Shown here piece after piece: positions 1 to 8,556 of a stretch of DNA of 23,354 nt (its first letter is position 1; every line of letters begins with the position of its first letter). Source of the DNA: Promethearchaeota archaeon (GTDB lineage Archaea; Asgardarchaeota; Odinarchaeia; Odinarchaeales; JBHLKK01); contig JBHLPL010000005.1 of the NCBI GenBank assembly GCA_048939465.1, positions 1-23,354 on the forward strand, given 5' to 3'. The notes beneath the pieces were generated by a model. The model was not told the origin of the DNA. It was given only the letters and a program-made list of their open reading frames with translations, and ran no database searches. Position numbers and translations under genes: made by a program.

Positions 1-995
1 CGGTATACCACGAGTTTTTTAAGAGAATGTCCAACCTCAGCAGCCTTTTCTGCTACTTCCAAAAATGTTTCACCAATATAGAAGGATTTTGAGTTCTTAA
101 TCCGTTCCCAATCTACTTCAGAAGGGGAGACAGAAAGTGCAGTATCGGACCCCTTCAACACGAAAATACGTTTGTTGCCCTTAGCAATTGTGATAAAAGT
201 CTGAATTGTTGTGCTTCTATCGTCTACAATGATGTGCTGTGTGTCGACACCGCTTCCCTGTAGGGCAGCCAGTAATCTTTTTCCCGCCGAATCTCCTCCA
301 ACCTTCCCTACCAAGCTCACACTAAGGCCTAACTTAGCGATTGCGTTGGCAACATTTGCAGCAGAACCCCCAGGCAAATGAAGCGGATCATCTATCAATA
401 CCGTTTCATCTGTTGCTGGAAAATCGTCTAGCATTCCTACAGTATCCAGCGCTATGGAGCCAAATACTATAACGTCTCGTTCGGCTACCAGCTTCTTGAG
501 AGATTGTTTTATGATATCTTCAAATTCATATGGACTGACTCCATAGGATTGACCTAGGGATACCACCTTCTCAGAATATATTTTGAACAGTTCTTTAATT
601 ATCTCCCTCATTTTTTCTGGCTCTTCACTTTTTCTAGAGAGAAGTAAGGTTAGATACTCTCCCATGACTGTTGGTTGATAATACTTTAACCAAACAGCTT
701 TTTCCTCCCGTTCAACCCTTTCCATTTCCTCACCGAGTACCTCAATCTTTACCATGTTTTGAAGATGAGTAATCACAGATTTGTTTGAATGTTCTTTCAG
801 TTCGGCTATAATTTCAGATTGAGATATTTTCTTTCTTTTTGAGAAGAGGCGTAGGATTTTTATTGGTATTTTTGAGCCAAAAGCAGAAATGAACAGAGTT
901 TCTTGTTCTTTTAGTTCTGTCGGCAGAAGCAGTAAATATGGCCAAAGCTTCATTTTGCGGGAACCCAAGGATATCCCTTCTTTAGCTATTTTCAT
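1..995 (-). CDS. N-terminal winged-helix-like domain fused to PfkB/ribokinase-family carbohydrate kinase (C-terminus runs off the left edge)
   Basis: Not in the ORF track; translated by hand from ATG at 995 and open to base 1. N-terminal part: MKIAKEG...FGSKIPIKILRLFSKRKKISQSEIIAELKEHSNKSVITHLQNMVKIEVL...VWLKYYQPT (HTH-like). From about aa 173: RDVIVFGSIALD...PGGSAANVANAIAKLGLSVSLVGKVGGDSAG, the PfkB signature-1 region. Confidence 0.88.
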   Translation of the reverse strand, partial: MKIAKEGISLGSRKMKLWPYLLLLPTELKEQETLFISAFGSKIPIKILRLFSKRKKISQSEIIAELKEHSNKSVITHLQNMVKIEVLGEEMERVEREEKAVWLKYYQPTVMGEYLTLLLSRKSEEPEKMREIIKELFKIYSEKVVSLGQSYGVSPYEFEDIIKQSLKKLVAERDVIVFGSIALDTVGMLDDFPATDETVLIDDPLHLPGGSAANVANAIAKLGLSVSLVGKVGGDSAGKRLLAALQGSGVDTQHIIVDDRSTTIQTFITIAKGNKRIFVLKGSDTALSVSPSEVDWERIKNSKSFYIGETFLEVAEKAAEVGHSLKKLVVY

Positions 996-999
996 GATA

Positions 1000-1066
1000 A
1001 ATAGGCTTATAAATTAGTTTTAAGCATTATGTTGAAGAGTACATAGCATAGTAAAAAATTACATTC
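1000..1066. promoter_or_regulatory. Divergent promoter region between the wHTH-PfkB gene and the ECF S-component, with a short inverted repeat
   Basis: AT-rich ~80-bp gap with TATA-like TTATAAA and TTTTAAG; inverted repeat TATGT-N8-ACATA at 1028-1045. Confidence 0.35.
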
Positions 1067-1067
1067 G

Positions 1068-1853
1068 GTGATGATGATGACAGAACTGAGCAGAGCATCG
1101 TTAGTGAAGGGTGCAAGAAGCGATGCCATGATAGCCATGTTTGCGGCCCTATATGTTGTGATCTCCATGCTTCCGGGGATACCAATCCCTGGCCTTCCGC
1201 AACTTACCATCGAGATTGAGGCTGCCTTTGCATCAGTCTTTGGAATAATTCTCGGACCCTTTCTTGGTTTTCAAACATCATTATTAGGTGCCATCATTGC
1301 TTGGCTCATAAATCCTTGGGCCCCTGCGGATCCTTTTGGTCTGCCGTTTTTGATTAATCCAGCTTTCAACGCTCTCGTAACTGGACTCATATATGAGGGG
1401 AAATGGAAACATGGCTTTGTCATATTTGCAGCGTCTATTGTTGTGTTCCCATTTATGCCACCGAGTCAGCCCATTACCGTGTACTATTACGTTGCATTGT
1501 TAGTGCTGTGGGACAAGATCCCCGCACTATTTCTCATAATCCCTACAATTTACCTTAACAAGGAAGATTTGAACTTAAAAAGTAAGACGGCTACGGCACT
1601 TTTCTTCATTCTAGCATTCATAGGAAACCAAGCAGACAATGCATTAGGTGCTGACATCTTTGCCACCCCTATGGTTTATGGAGGACTTTTCGGACTCACG
1701 ATAGACGTAACTCGACTGCTTTTTACTGTAAGTCCATTTTTCTACCCCATAATACGATTGATACAAGCAGGTATAGCCACGGCTATAGTTATTCCACTAA
1801 CTTTAGCGATGGTAAGGATTGGATGGTATACCACCAAGAAGACGCCAGCATAG
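1068..1853 (+). CDS. ECF transporter substrate-binding (S) component, specificity unknown; start probably ATG 1077
   Basis: Hydrophobic multi-TM protein with the S-component N-terminal pattern AMIAMFAALYVV...AFASVFGIILGPFLG...GAII. GGTGA RBS at 1067-1071. No T or A module genes in the window. Confidence 0.75.
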   Translation: MMMMTELSRASLVKGARSDAMIAMFAALYVVISMLPGIPIPGLPQLTIEIEAAFASVFGIILGPFLGFQTSLLGAIIAWLINPWAPADPFGLPFLINPAFNALVTGLIYEGKWKHGFVIFAASIVVFPFMPPSQPITVYYYVALLVLWDKIPALFLIIPTIYLNKEDLNLKSKTATALFFILAFIGNQADNALGADIFATPMVYGGLFGLTIDVTRLLFTVSPFFYPIIRLIQAGIATAIVIPLTLAMVRIGWYTTKKTPA

Positions 1854-1928
1854 CATTTTATTCATTCTTTTCTTGATAAGGCAGAAGCGTAGCAAAATGA
1901 AAGAACAACTGATAAGCGAGAAGCAAGT

Positions 1929-2053
1929 GTATTAAGGGCAAGAGAAGGTGATTTCATAGAAACTGTTGACAGCCTAATCTTTGTCAAGGGATCATGGTCC
2001 ACCATCCAGATTGTGTGACCGCATACTTACGATATTGCCCAAATCCCGAATAA
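1929..2053 (+). pseudogene. Truncated, frameshifted 5' remnant of a COG1665-like nucleotidyltransferase
   Basis: Reads VLRAREGDFIETVDSLIF-VKG / (frameshift) MVHHPDCVTAYLRYCPNPE*, matching LRAREGDFLETNEHLIFDVKGLIHPPDRLIAYLRYYPDSNG of the ORF at 2650. No in-frame ATG; stop at 2051-2053. Confidence 0.8.
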
Positions 2054-2088
2054 AAAATAGACCTATAGTAGATTAATTTGGTTTTAAT

Positions 2089-2412
2089 TCACTTACGTTC
2101 TGCCTCTGAAAGCTCCGTTGCTTTGCCCCGAGTACAATAATGATCCCAGCGGAGGCTCATTGTCCGCGAGATTGGGCACTGAAGGCACAAACAGTCTTTT
2201 TGCTCGCGGATTATCGAACTTTTTCCTAAGGCACAAAAGGCGAGAGTGGTTTCCCCCGTGCCCTTATAAGTTGGGCATTTACCACAATAATCCTCACAGA
2301 AACCGATCACATTTTCCACGGTTCTTGCTAGATCTGCCTCCGACATGTGTGCCATCATTTTCATTTTTTCTTCAAAAGGGGCAGCAGAGAAATTCTCTTC
2401 AGAATTTGCCAT
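2089..2412 (-). CDS. Small Cys-rich protein, DUF2769-like
   Basis: C-x3-C-x2-CPTY...FC-x2-GKS...CLC-x2-CP...YC-x2-G pattern, as recalled for DUF2769. Confidence 0.7.
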   Translation of the reverse strand: MANSEENFSAAPFEEKMKMMAHMSEADLARTVENVIGFCEDYCGKCPTYKGTGETTLAFCALGKSSIIREQKDCLCLQCPISRTMSLRWDHYCTRGKATELSEAERK

Positions 2413-2649
2413 TCATAACACCCGCATTCCATTCATTTTGAGATTGCTATGCAATTGGTTCTTTAGCAAGAATTACCTTTTATTGCTTTTGGGAGCATTT
2501 AAGCTAGTGAAAACTAAAAGGATTTTGGTTTCATTGAAAAATCATAGGGTGTTTCCTCGAAAGATTACGAAGTCTATCACAAAATTAAACTTTATGTAAA
2601 AGGAGCCGAATATTGTGGATCTGGCTAATCGATAATCAGAGGGAGATTT

Positions 2650-3678
2650 TTGACAGGAAAGTTGAGAGCTAGAGAAGGAGATTTTCTAGAAACCAATGAA
2701 CATCTGATATTTGATGTGAAAGGTTTGATTCATCCTCCGGATCGCTTAATTGCTTATCTGCGATACTATCCGGATTCCAACGGGGACAGAATTAGAGGAA
2801 ATCAACGTTTCTCCAAAATCTATCCGATTTCCGAACGTTATGAATTCTTGAGGAAGTTTTTCCCTCAGTACCTATTTTTCGATTCGGTTAGTAAATCGAT
2901 GCTACAGGCAATTCCTTTGGATTTCATCAAAAAGCGATATGATCCAGCTCAGAAACTAAGAGAAATTGTAAGAAAGGGGGCACAAGATAGCGTTGAGAAG
3001 GATGTTATGGCTTTTGGAAACATCATCAAAGAAGCATCAGGGATCCCGTTTGAGAAGCTAGGAATTAGTGGCTCAGTCCTAGTTAGCTTACATAAGGATG
3101 AATCGGATATAGATTTGGTAGTCTATGGATCAAGAAATTGCCGGAAGGCCTATGAGGCACTTGAGCATTTGCTCGATGATTCCAAAAGCCTCGTAAGAAA
3201 GTATGATATGAAAGGGCTAAGGAATATGTTTGACTTTAGGGTAAAAAGTGCCCCCGTGAGTTTTAGAGATTTCGTGAAGTATGAAAAAAGAAAGAGGCTT
3301 CAAGGTTATTTCAAGACTCGGGATTTCTTTATTAGATTCGTTAAGGACTGGGACGAAATCTCAGAAGAATACGGAGATTTTTTATATGAACCCATCGGAC
3401 GGTGCAAAGTTCAGGGAATTGTCATTGACGAATCAGAAGCAATCTTTACGCCATGTAAATACATTTTGGGGAAATCAAAAGTGATGAGTGGAGTCAAAGT
3501 CAAGGCTATTCAAGAAATCGTTTCATATCGAGGAAGGTTCTGTGAGCAAGCTCGAGCAGGAGAGAGTATTTCTGCGAGTGGAAAAATCGAATTAGTAAAG
3601 AGTAAAGATGGAGAGAAATACTACAGGCTTTTATTGGGTGGAAATGATAGGGACTTCATGGTACTCCCGGAATCCTAG
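2650..3678 (+). CDS. Predicted nucleotidyltransferase (Pol-beta superfamily, COG1665/AF1967-like), copy A
   Basis: GISGSVLVSLHKDESDIDLVVYG carries the GS...DxD motif; N-terminal REGDF...HPPDR..AYLRY; C-terminal beta-rich SYRGRFCEQA...GKIE segment. Confidence 0.8.
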   Translation: MTGKLRAREGDFLETNEHLIFDVKGLIHPPDRLIAYLRYYPDSNGDRIRGNQRFSKIYPISERYEFLRKFFPQYLFFDSVSKSMLQAIPLDFIKKRYDPAQKLREIVRKGAQDSVEKDVMAFGNIIKEASGIPFEKLGISGSVLVSLHKDESDIDLVVYGSRNCRKAYEALEHLLDDSKSLVRKYDMKGLRNMFDFRVKSAPVSFRDFVKYEKRKRLQGYFKTRDFFIRFVKDWDEISEEYGDFLYEPIGRCKVQGIVIDESEAIFTPCKYILGKSKVMSGVKVKAIQEIVSYRGRFCEQARAGESISASGKIELVKSKDGEKYYRLLLGGNDRDFMVLPES

Positions 3679-3689
3679 GAGGCTATGAA

Positions 3690-4742
3690 ATGCGAAAGGC
3701 TAAGGACAGAGACTTTATTCAAACATCGGAGGACTTTCTTTTCTGCGTAGTTGGGTATCAGCATCCAAAAGATAGATACACTGCATATTTGAAATATGTA
3801 CCTTCTGCGTCTGGAAAATGGGGTGATCAACAACACTATCGACGAGTAATTCCGTATTACGCCGCAGCGTCTGTAATTGACACCTTTGATTTTCTTAGGA
3901 AGAACTACCCGAAATACCTCTTCCAATGCCCCGTAAGGAATATTGATTTCTCAGCAGTTCCTAGGGAGGATGTTAAAACATATTTCTATCCTGAGAAAAA
4001 ACTCGTAGAGTTGTGTAAAAAGTCGAATTTGGACAGTCTGGAAGAAAGAGTCATCGAACTGGTCGAGTCACTCGTGGATGAAAGCGGAATTCCTTGGGAT
4101 TCCATGGGAATAACTGGCTCAATCTTGATTGGTATTCACAATCCAGAATTCTCAGACATAGACCTTACCGTTTACGGTCGAGAAAATTCCTTGAGAGTCA
4201 AAAAAGCAGTTCAAGGACTAATAAGGACATCCAAAAGTGGTTTCAATGGGCTTGATGAAGCAGTCGCCTCTGACTGGGGTGATAGGAAAATAGGCGTGTT
4301 TCCCCTAGGTTCAAAACAGACGAAAGTCATTTTCAATCGTAAATGGAACTTTGGCGTCTTCAAAGGAACTAGATTTTCAATACACCCTACAAGAGCAGAC
4401 AAAGAGATTTCGGAGAAATATGGAGACAAGACATACACTGGAGATGACATTGTCAAAATTAGGGCGAAAGTCTCGGATGATATTGATAGTATTTTCAACC
4501 CCTGTTATTATAGATTAGCTGATGTTGAAGTTTTAGAAGGGCCGCAACTGAAGGATATTATCGAAGTAGTCTCGTATGAGGGGGTCTTTTGCGACATAGC
4601 CCATAAAGGAGAGATCATAATAGCAAAAGGGAAGCTAGAGAAGGTTTTGGATAAGCGTAATGGAGAAGTTTTTCATCGGATTTTGGTTGGTTCGCCAAAG
4701 GGGGCAGGAAAAGAGTTTATCTATCCGATCGTTCAGGACTAA
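3690..4742 (+). CDS. Predicted nucleotidyltransferase (COG1665-like), copy B, tandem paralog
   Basis: GITGSILIGIHNPEFSDIDLTVYG; KDRDF...HPKDRYTAYLKY; SYEGVFCDIA...GKLE. Lies 11 bp after copy A with a GGAGG RBS. Confidence 0.8.
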   Translation: MRKAKDRDFIQTSEDFLFCVVGYQHPKDRYTAYLKYVPSASGKWGDQQHYRRVIPYYAAASVIDTFDFLRKNYPKYLFQCPVRNIDFSAVPREDVKTYFYPEKKLVELCKKSNLDSLEERVIELVESLVDESGIPWDSMGITGSILIGIHNPEFSDIDLTVYGRENSLRVKKAVQGLIRTSKSGFNGLDEAVASDWGDRKIGVFPLGSKQTKVIFNRKWNFGVFKGTRFSIHPTRADKEISEKYGDKTYTGDDIVKIRAKVSDDIDSIFNPCYYRLADVEVLEGPQLKDIIEVVSYEGVFCDIAHKGEIIIAKGKLEKVLDKRNGEVFHRILVGSPKGAGKEFIYPIVQD

Positions 4743-4849
4743 ACCCGTTAGTCAATTATCTGAAGAGTAATTCTCCTTTGCGATGTAAGAAAGCATTTTA
4801 ATTTGATGCAGAACAATATAACCGATAGTGTTTATGCGAGGGGTAGTAA

Positions 4850-6079
4850 GTGATTGTATATGTTTTAACATCTATCGCAGGTATTTTTGGATTGGATGAG
4901 AATGCAAATGTTATTGAGTATGTTGGCTTCCCGAGGAGTCCCAAGGAGATCGCTTATCGCATGTCTTTACTTCAGGAAGGCAAATCTATTAATGAGTTTG
5001 AAGAATTGGTAGGTAGTCTTGTTGAGAAGAAGGTAGAAGAAATCATCGTAGAAAATGTTGAACTTGCCAAAGAGATTAGAAAAATGAAAGATTCGCCGGT
5101 TGTAAGCGTAAGCAAAGAAGCCGACATTCCTTTATTCTTCCGACAGAACGTTGTAGAAATGTGTATTGATGTGGGGTTCGTAAGTTCGGAAAATGAATTT
5201 ACTTCAATTCTATACGAAACTAGCATGTTTCTTGCAAGAACAAGAGTAAAGAAGGCATCTGAGAGAAGAGATCAATTAGTGAAACAAGCTATTGAGGCCA
5301 TTGACGATATAGACAAGTCGCTGAATGTATTTGCATCAAGAATTCGTGAGTGGTACAGTCTTCATTTTCCAGAGTTGGATGAATTATTGTCAAGTCATGA
5401 GACCTTCGTGAGAACGCTACATAGGATTGGCCTAAGAGAAAGATATAATCATGAGACATTGGCGAAGATTGGTTTATCTGAAGAACATATCAAGAAGATA
5501 GTGGAAAGGGCGAAGACTTCAATAGGGGCAAAAATGGTTGAGGAAGATTTCAACCCAATAGGAGATTTTGGCGGAAATATAATTAGTCTGTACCGACTCA
5601 GAAAAAAACTGGAAGACTATGTCGACAAGGTAATGATTGAAGTGGCTCCGAATCTGAGAGAATTGGCTGGCCCTCTCCTTGGTGCTAGACTCATAAGTCT
5701 TGCAGGAGGAATTGATGTACTCAGCAAGATGCCTGCAAGCACGGTTCAGGTCTTGGGAGCTGAAAAGGCTCTATTCCGATCGCTCAAATCCGGTAGTAGA
5801 CCACCAAAACATGGTGTGATTTTTCAGCATCCTATGATTCATTCCGCACCTAGATGGCAAAGAGGAAAAATCGCAAGGAGTTTGGCTGGCAAACTATCAA
5901 TAGCCATAAGGGTAGACGCCTATTCCGGAAATATCGTGGCCGATGATTTGATGGCTAGTATTGAAAAACGAATCGAAGAAATAAGAAAAAAATATCCAAA
6001 ACCACCCCCAAGGAAAGCAAAAAAGAAGAAAGTAAGAAAGCATGAAAAGAAAAGGAGACCAAGGACGCGAACAAAATGA
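4850..6079 (+). CDS. nop5: C/D box snoRNP scaffold Nop5 (Nop56/58)
   Basis: REWYSLHFPEL, APNL...GPLLGARLISLAGG, LGAEKALF, PPKHGVIFQHP, RGKIARSLAGK; Lys-rich tail. Confidence 0.97.
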   Translation: MIVYVLTSIAGIFGLDENANVIEYVGFPRSPKEIAYRMSLLQEGKSINEFEELVGSLVEKKVEEIIVENVELAKEIRKMKDSPVVSVSKEADIPLFFRQNVVEMCIDVGFVSSENEFTSILYETSMFLARTRVKKASERRDQLVKQAIEAIDDIDKSLNVFASRIREWYSLHFPELDELLSSHETFVRTLHRIGLRERYNHETLAKIGLSEEHIKKIVERAKTSIGAKMVEEDFNPIGDFGGNIISLYRLRKKLEDYVDKVMIEVAPNLRELAGPLLGARLISLAGGIDVLSKMPASTVQVLGAEKALFRSLKSGSRPPKHGVIFQHPMIHSAPRWQRGKIARSLAGKLSIAIRVDAYSGNIVADDLMASIEKRIEEIRKKYPKPPPRKAKKKKVRKHEKKRRPRTRTK

Positions 6080-6795
6080 ATTTTACGGTAAAACCACATG
6101 ACAAATTTAGAGCAGTGTATACAATAGTCTTTGAGGATGGGAGTACGCGGATAGCAACACGTAATCTCTATCCAGGAAATAAGGTGTACGGTGAACAGCT
6201 TCTCCAAGCCGGTGATGAGGAGTATAGACTCTGGGAACCCTACAGAAGCAAGTTAGCCGCAGCCATCCTGAAAGGCATAAACAAAGTTCCCATAAAGCCC
6301 GGAAACAAGGTGTTATACCTCGGTGCGGCGACTGGCACAACGGCCAGCCACGTATCAGACATCGTCGGATATGATGGACTTGTGTATTGTGTAGAATTCT
6401 CCTCAAGAGCCGTCAGGCAGCTCCTATCTGTTTGTGAATATAGGAAAAATATGCTGCCGATTCTAGCAGATGCGCGGATTCCGGAAATGTATAGCATGAT
6501 CGTGGGAGGAGTAGACACCATCTACTGTGATGTGGCACAACCGGAACAGGCAAGACTTCTGGCAGACAATGCCGATTCGTTCTTAAGAACTAACGAGTAT
6601 GTCATGTTAGCAGTGAAGGCTAGATCAATAGACGTGACAAAGGAGCCAGTCGAGATTTACAAAAGAGAGATCGAGGAGCTTCAAAAGAGGGGATTTACTG
6701 TGCACGATGCCAAGAAAATGGAACCATTTTCTTCGGATCACACGATGATACTGGCGGAATTCGAAAGGAAATCTAGAAAGATTCAAAATGAATAA
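6076..6795 (+). CDS. flpA: Fibrillarin-like rRNA/tRNA 2'-O-methyltransferase
   Basis: VYGE, EYRLWEPYRSKLAAAI, VLYLGAATGTTASHVSD, DVAQPEQA; 4-bp ATGA overlap with nop5. Confidence 0.97.
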   Translation: MNFTVKPHDKFRAVYTIVFEDGSTRIATRNLYPGNKVYGEQLLQAGDEEYRLWEPYRSKLAAAILKGINKVPIKPGNKVLYLGAATGTTASHVSDIVGYDGLVYCVEFSSRAVRQLLSVCEYRKNMLPILADARIPEMYSMIVGGVDTIYCDVAQPEQARLLADNADSFLRTNEYVMLAVKARSIDVTKEPVEIYKREIEELQKRGFTVHDAKKMEPFSSDHTMILAEFERKSRKIQNE

Positions 6796-6870
6796 ACCCA
6801 GCATTTTTGTGTCAGTTTTCCCAACATTTTCTCAAACTTGATAGGCTAATTTAAAGAGCTTAATAAGTCG

Positions 6871-7428
6871 GTGGTTTTTTTGGAGAAGAAAAGCGAAGTC
6901 TCGAAAGCGTACGACAAAACTGCCAAGTCCTACGATCGTAGATATTACAGAATTCAGTTGGCGAAGTATGATTTTCTTCTAAGTAATACTAGACTGAATT
7001 CAGATGATTTCATTTTAGATGCTGGCTGCGGAACTGGACTTTTCATGAAACGAATTGGTCATATCGTAAATAGAATAATCGGTATCGATGTCTCTGAGAG
7101 AATGCTTAGAATTGCCACAAACCGCGTTTGTGGTGGAATCTTTGTTCTAGCTGATGTCGATTCTTTGCCTTTCAGAAGTCAGTTGTTCTCAAAGGTGTTT
7201 TCAATAACCCTTCTTCAAAATGTTCCAAATCAATTAGGTTCATTAAGAGAGCTGGTAAGATCAATACGAAATGATGGTTTCCTCATAGTTACCACATTGA
7301 GGAAGAAGATGAGTGTTAAAGAGCTTCGCAGACTGCTTCAAGAATTAAGACTTGATGGAATAAGGGCTGGAGAGATACCCGGAAGTGAGGATATTTGGGG
7401 GATTGGTGCGACCTTGTCCACAAGTTAG
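6871..7428 (+). CDS. Class I SAM-dependent methyltransferase
   Basis: Motif I ILDAGCGTG, GIDVSERML, ADVDSLPF. Confidence 0.85.
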   Translation: MVFLEKKSEVSKAYDKTAKSYDRRYYRIQLAKYDFLLSNTRLNSDDFILDAGCGTGLFMKRIGHIVNRIIGIDVSERMLRIATNRVCGGIFVLADVDSLPFRSQLFSKVFSITLLQNVPNQLGSLRELVRSIRNDGFLIVTTLRKKMSVKELRRLLQELRLDGIRAGEIPGSEDIWGIGATLSTS

Positions 7429-7580
7429 ATCCAGAAATAAAGTCTTTTGGGAAACTGGAGCCGCCGAGCTGGAGTCAAGTAGTCTGAGTCCCTTAAAGCA
7501 ATATCACGACAGAAATTATATTAAAGAGTTCATCTGCTTAAACGTCTTTCGTGGCAAAATTCGATTAACAATCAAGTATC

Positions 7581-8543
7581 TTGAGTGTGTGTCAATTGAC
7601 GAGAATTGTTGTTGCTCTAGGAGGGAACATGATTCATAGGGTGACTCAGAGAGGAACAGCTGACGAACAGCTCGAAAATGTCCGAAAAATCAGTTTTGAA
7701 CTTGTAAAAATTGTAAAAATGGGCTACGAGATGCTGATAACTCATGGAAATGGCCCCCAGGTCGGAAATATACTGCACCAAAATGAAAGGTCAAAGGATG
7801 TAATACCACCCATGCCACTGGATGTCTGCGGCGCAGAAAGCCAAGGTATGATAGGATATATGCTACAGAATTCATTACATAATGCGTTTAGGAAATCTGG
7901 AATCGAGAAAGTACCAATAAGCATCGTTACTCGGGTTGTGGTCGATGAAAGAGACCAAGCTTTTAGTAATCCTACAAAGCCGGTAGGGCCCTACTACGGG
8001 GCTGAAGAATTGGATAAAGTAAAAAAGGAAGGATGGGACTTGGTGAAAGATTCAAGAGAACGGTACAGAAGGGTTGTACCATCGCCATATCCCAAAAGGA
8101 TAGTTGAAGGAGCCATCATTAGGAGGTTGGTGAATTTAGGTTTAACTGTCATTGCAGGCGGTGGCGGTGGTATTCCCGTCATAGAAGAGGAGAATGGTAT
8201 GCTAAGAGGAGTTGAGGCAGTAGTGGATAAGGATTTTGTGGCAGAAAAACTCGGAGTAGAAATCGGTGCAGACATAATTTTGTTTGTTATGGATGTCGAA
8301 AAAGTTGCTATTAACTTTGGTAAACCTAATCAGCAGGATCTGGATAAGTTGAGTTTGATGGAAGCTGAAAAATATATGGATGAAGGGCATTTTCCCCTGG
8401 GCAGTATGGGTCCCAAGATTAAGTCAGCTATCGATTTTTTGAAAGCAGGTGGCAAAAGAGTTGTAGTTTCATCTCTTGAAAAAATTGAGGATGCACTTTC
8501 AGGGAAGGCGGGCACAACGTTGTATCAAAACCAGTCAAGCTAA
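7581..8543 (+). CDS. arcC: Carbamate kinase (start probably TTG 7596)
   Basis: VVALGGN, ITHGNGPQVG, GAESQGMIGY, PTKPVGP, RRVVPSP, GGGGIPV, EAVVDKD, GSMGPK. Confidence 0.95.
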   Translation: MSVCQLTRIVVALGGNMIHRVTQRGTADEQLENVRKISFELVKIVKMGYEMLITHGNGPQVGNILHQNERSKDVIPPMPLDVCGAESQGMIGYMLQNSLHNAFRKSGIEKVPISIVTRVVVDERDQAFSNPTKPVGPYYGAEELDKVKKEGWDLVKDSRERYRRVVPSPYPKRIVEGAIIRRLVNLGLTVIAGGGGGIPVIEEENGMLRGVEAVVDKDFVAEKLGVEIGADIILFVMDVEKVAINFGKPNQQDLDKLSLMEAEKYMDEGHFPLGSMGPKIKSAIDFLKAGGKRVVVSSLEKIEDALSGKAGTTLYQNQSS

Positions 8544-8556
8544 TCTATCGATTAAG

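Noticed and set aside
7457-7500. TGGAGCCGCCG resembling the reverse complement of a tRNA 3' end
   Set aside because: No T-loop (GGTTCRAATCC equivalent) and no cloverleaf follows.
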